NCBI GenBank assembly: GCA_028534125.1
Contig: CM052818.1
Location: 2,172,001 to 2,236,000, forward strand
Direction: 5' to 3'
Length of the DNA stretch: 64,000 nucleotides
DNA from: Lama glama
Taxonomy: Eukaryota
Each line of letters begins with the position of its first letter. The stretch's first letter is position 1. Position numbers and translations under genes: made by a program. The notes beneath the pieces were generated by a model that was not told the origin of the DNA, did not search any database, and saw only the letters and a list, made by a program, of their open reading frames with translations. This document shows positions 62,401 to 64,000 of this stretch, piece after piece.

Positions 62401-62982
62401 TTCTCCCAGTTAACTTTTACAGTTGTGATGGGCTCACGGCCCCACGTCTTACCCCTGTGAGAGCTTGTCTCCAGCTCCTCCTCCTCCAACCCAGTACTCC
62501 CTGCCCCCTAGTCAGGGTTTCAGCACACTTCTGCCCAACCAGAGTCCTGTCTAGGGCTCTGGGGATGGACTGGGTGTGTTCATTTATCAGTCAGTAACTG
62601 GGGTGAAAGGGCACAGATTTAAGCCCCTCACTCACTAGACTCGTCTAGACTTGGGGAGGGGGTGTCCTGTCAAGTGTGAGGCCAGACAGCCAGGGACGGC
62701 CAGCTCATGCTTGCACTGCCTTCCTCCTCTCCTCTCTTCCTCACCTGAGTCCCACCATCCAACCTGGTGCAGCGCTCAATGCCACCTCTGGAGACAGGCC
62801 ACCCTGCTGTCCACTCTGATCGCCCTGGCACTATTCTATGTCATGGACCTCACTCAGTGCCAAGGACCAGTGACCCCGCACTCCCTGATCTTCCCACCAG
62901 CCTTCCCAAAAGGCCCAAGAGGGGCACACGCACACAGCAGGAGTTCTGGTGCAGGCTGGTGCTGACCGGAAATGGTGCTCAC

Positions 62983-63082
62983 CCAGAAAGTCATCAAAGG
63001 AGAACTTGTCGTTGTCCCAGATCTGGAATATCACTCGTGCTGGGATCTTGCTCTCGGTCTTGTCCAGCCTCCAGAAAGCATC
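62983..63082 (-). CDS. DYSF: Dysferlin coding exon (equivalent to human exon 51), last C2 domain
   Basis: 100 nt, CAG| acceptor, |GTGAG donor; translates DAFWRLDKTESKIPARVIFQIWDNDKFSFDDFL(G) with the ferlin QIWDND..SFDDFLG motif; ends in phase 1. Confidence 0.97.
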
Positions 63083-63279
63083 CTGGCTCAGAGGAGGAAG
63101 CAGGGAAGCAGGATTAGAGAGAGGCAGTGGTCCCTTCCAGCCTGGAAGGCTGCCTGGAGGAGGTAGCAGAATGGGACATCCCTTAGGGACTTGCCAGAGC
63201 CAGGCACTGGCAGGAAGACTGCTGAGACCCCAGGACAGACAAGGGCCCAGGAGGGTACCATGCAGGCTTACTACACATC

Positions 63280-63600
63280 AGGTGGCTCCTTTAATCTTCG
63301 AAATCCTGCGAGTCAAGGTTCTCATTCCCATGTTACAGATGATGAAACAAAGGCTTGGAGAAGATAAGAATTTGCCCAAGGTCTGACAGCTAATAAAAAC
63401 AACATTAATATTACACATCTAACACACTAGGCCTTTTCCACTATGAAATCATTTATCCTTCCAACAGCCTATGAGGGAGATACTATCCTTGTAGCTGAGG
63501 AAACCAGAGCGAGTAATTTATCCAAGTCACACAGCTGGGAAGTGGCACGCTAGATTCCAACCCAGGCAGTCAGGTTCCAGAGTCCTACTCTCACCAGTTA
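63280..63600 (-). mobile_element. Two tandem MIR fragments
   Basis: CCCATGTTACAGATGATGAAAC..TTGCCCAAGGTC and GAGGAAAC..CAAGTCACACAGCTGGGAAGTGGCA..AACCCAGGCAGTC. Confidence 0.75.
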
Positions 63601-64000
63601 ATCCTGCTCTGCCCATGTGATCTTGGGACAGGGTGGGCTGGCTAGGAATCTGGGGGCCTGCTGTGAGTCCCCACCCCACATTCACCTCCAAGAGCTTGCC
63701 CCAGAGCAAATCAAAAGCCCCCGGCGCTGGAAAGTTCCCCACCCTTCGTGCTCCCCTCTACCCACTCCAGACCAGCCAGCCTGGAACAGCATCATCTCGG
63801 GCTTCTTTCCACAGAGGCCTCGTGGAGCTGCTGATGGGTGGGGAGTGGGCTTGCTGGGGCCTGGATCACCCCTGGGTCCAGCCACACTCAACCCAAAGGG
63901 CCGTCCCTGGGGCCTTGCCGCACCTGTCTCTGTCCATTCACTGCAGCTTTCTCTGAGTGGGTGGCCAGGGGAGGAAACCCTCTGACCACCCTACAGATGG

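Overview
Mammalian genomic DNA, probably a camelid: it has artiodactyl-type L1 3' ends, and I saw no Alu, Bov-A/BovB, PRE-1 or CHR SINEs. The right ~12.5 kb holds the last five exons of dysferlin (DYSF) on the minus strand. These exons are 100, 179, 110, 148 and 39 coding nt, with GT-AG boundaries and consistent phases, and encode the end of the last C2 domain and the C-terminal transmembrane anchor. They are followed by a ~230-nt 3' UTR with a variant TATAAA poly(A) signal. The remaining ~51 kb is intergenic and, by human synteny (inference), is the start of the DYSF-CYP26B1 gene desert. It contains L1, L2, MIR, MaLR/ERV LTRs, DNA transposon relics, simple repeats and one 100-N gap. I found no new protein-coding gene and no evidence for a novel multi-gene system. 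The best leads are cis-regulatory: a perfect DR5 retinoic-acid element overlapping an NR5A site (33028-33050), a MER41-like solo LTR with a GAS/STAT motif and perfect TSD (42287-42710), and a MEF2/NKX2/TEAD/GATA/E-box cluster (16553-16797). Repeat family names and human comparisons are from memory and need RepeatMasker or alignment confirmation. Repeat boundaries without a TSD are approximate.
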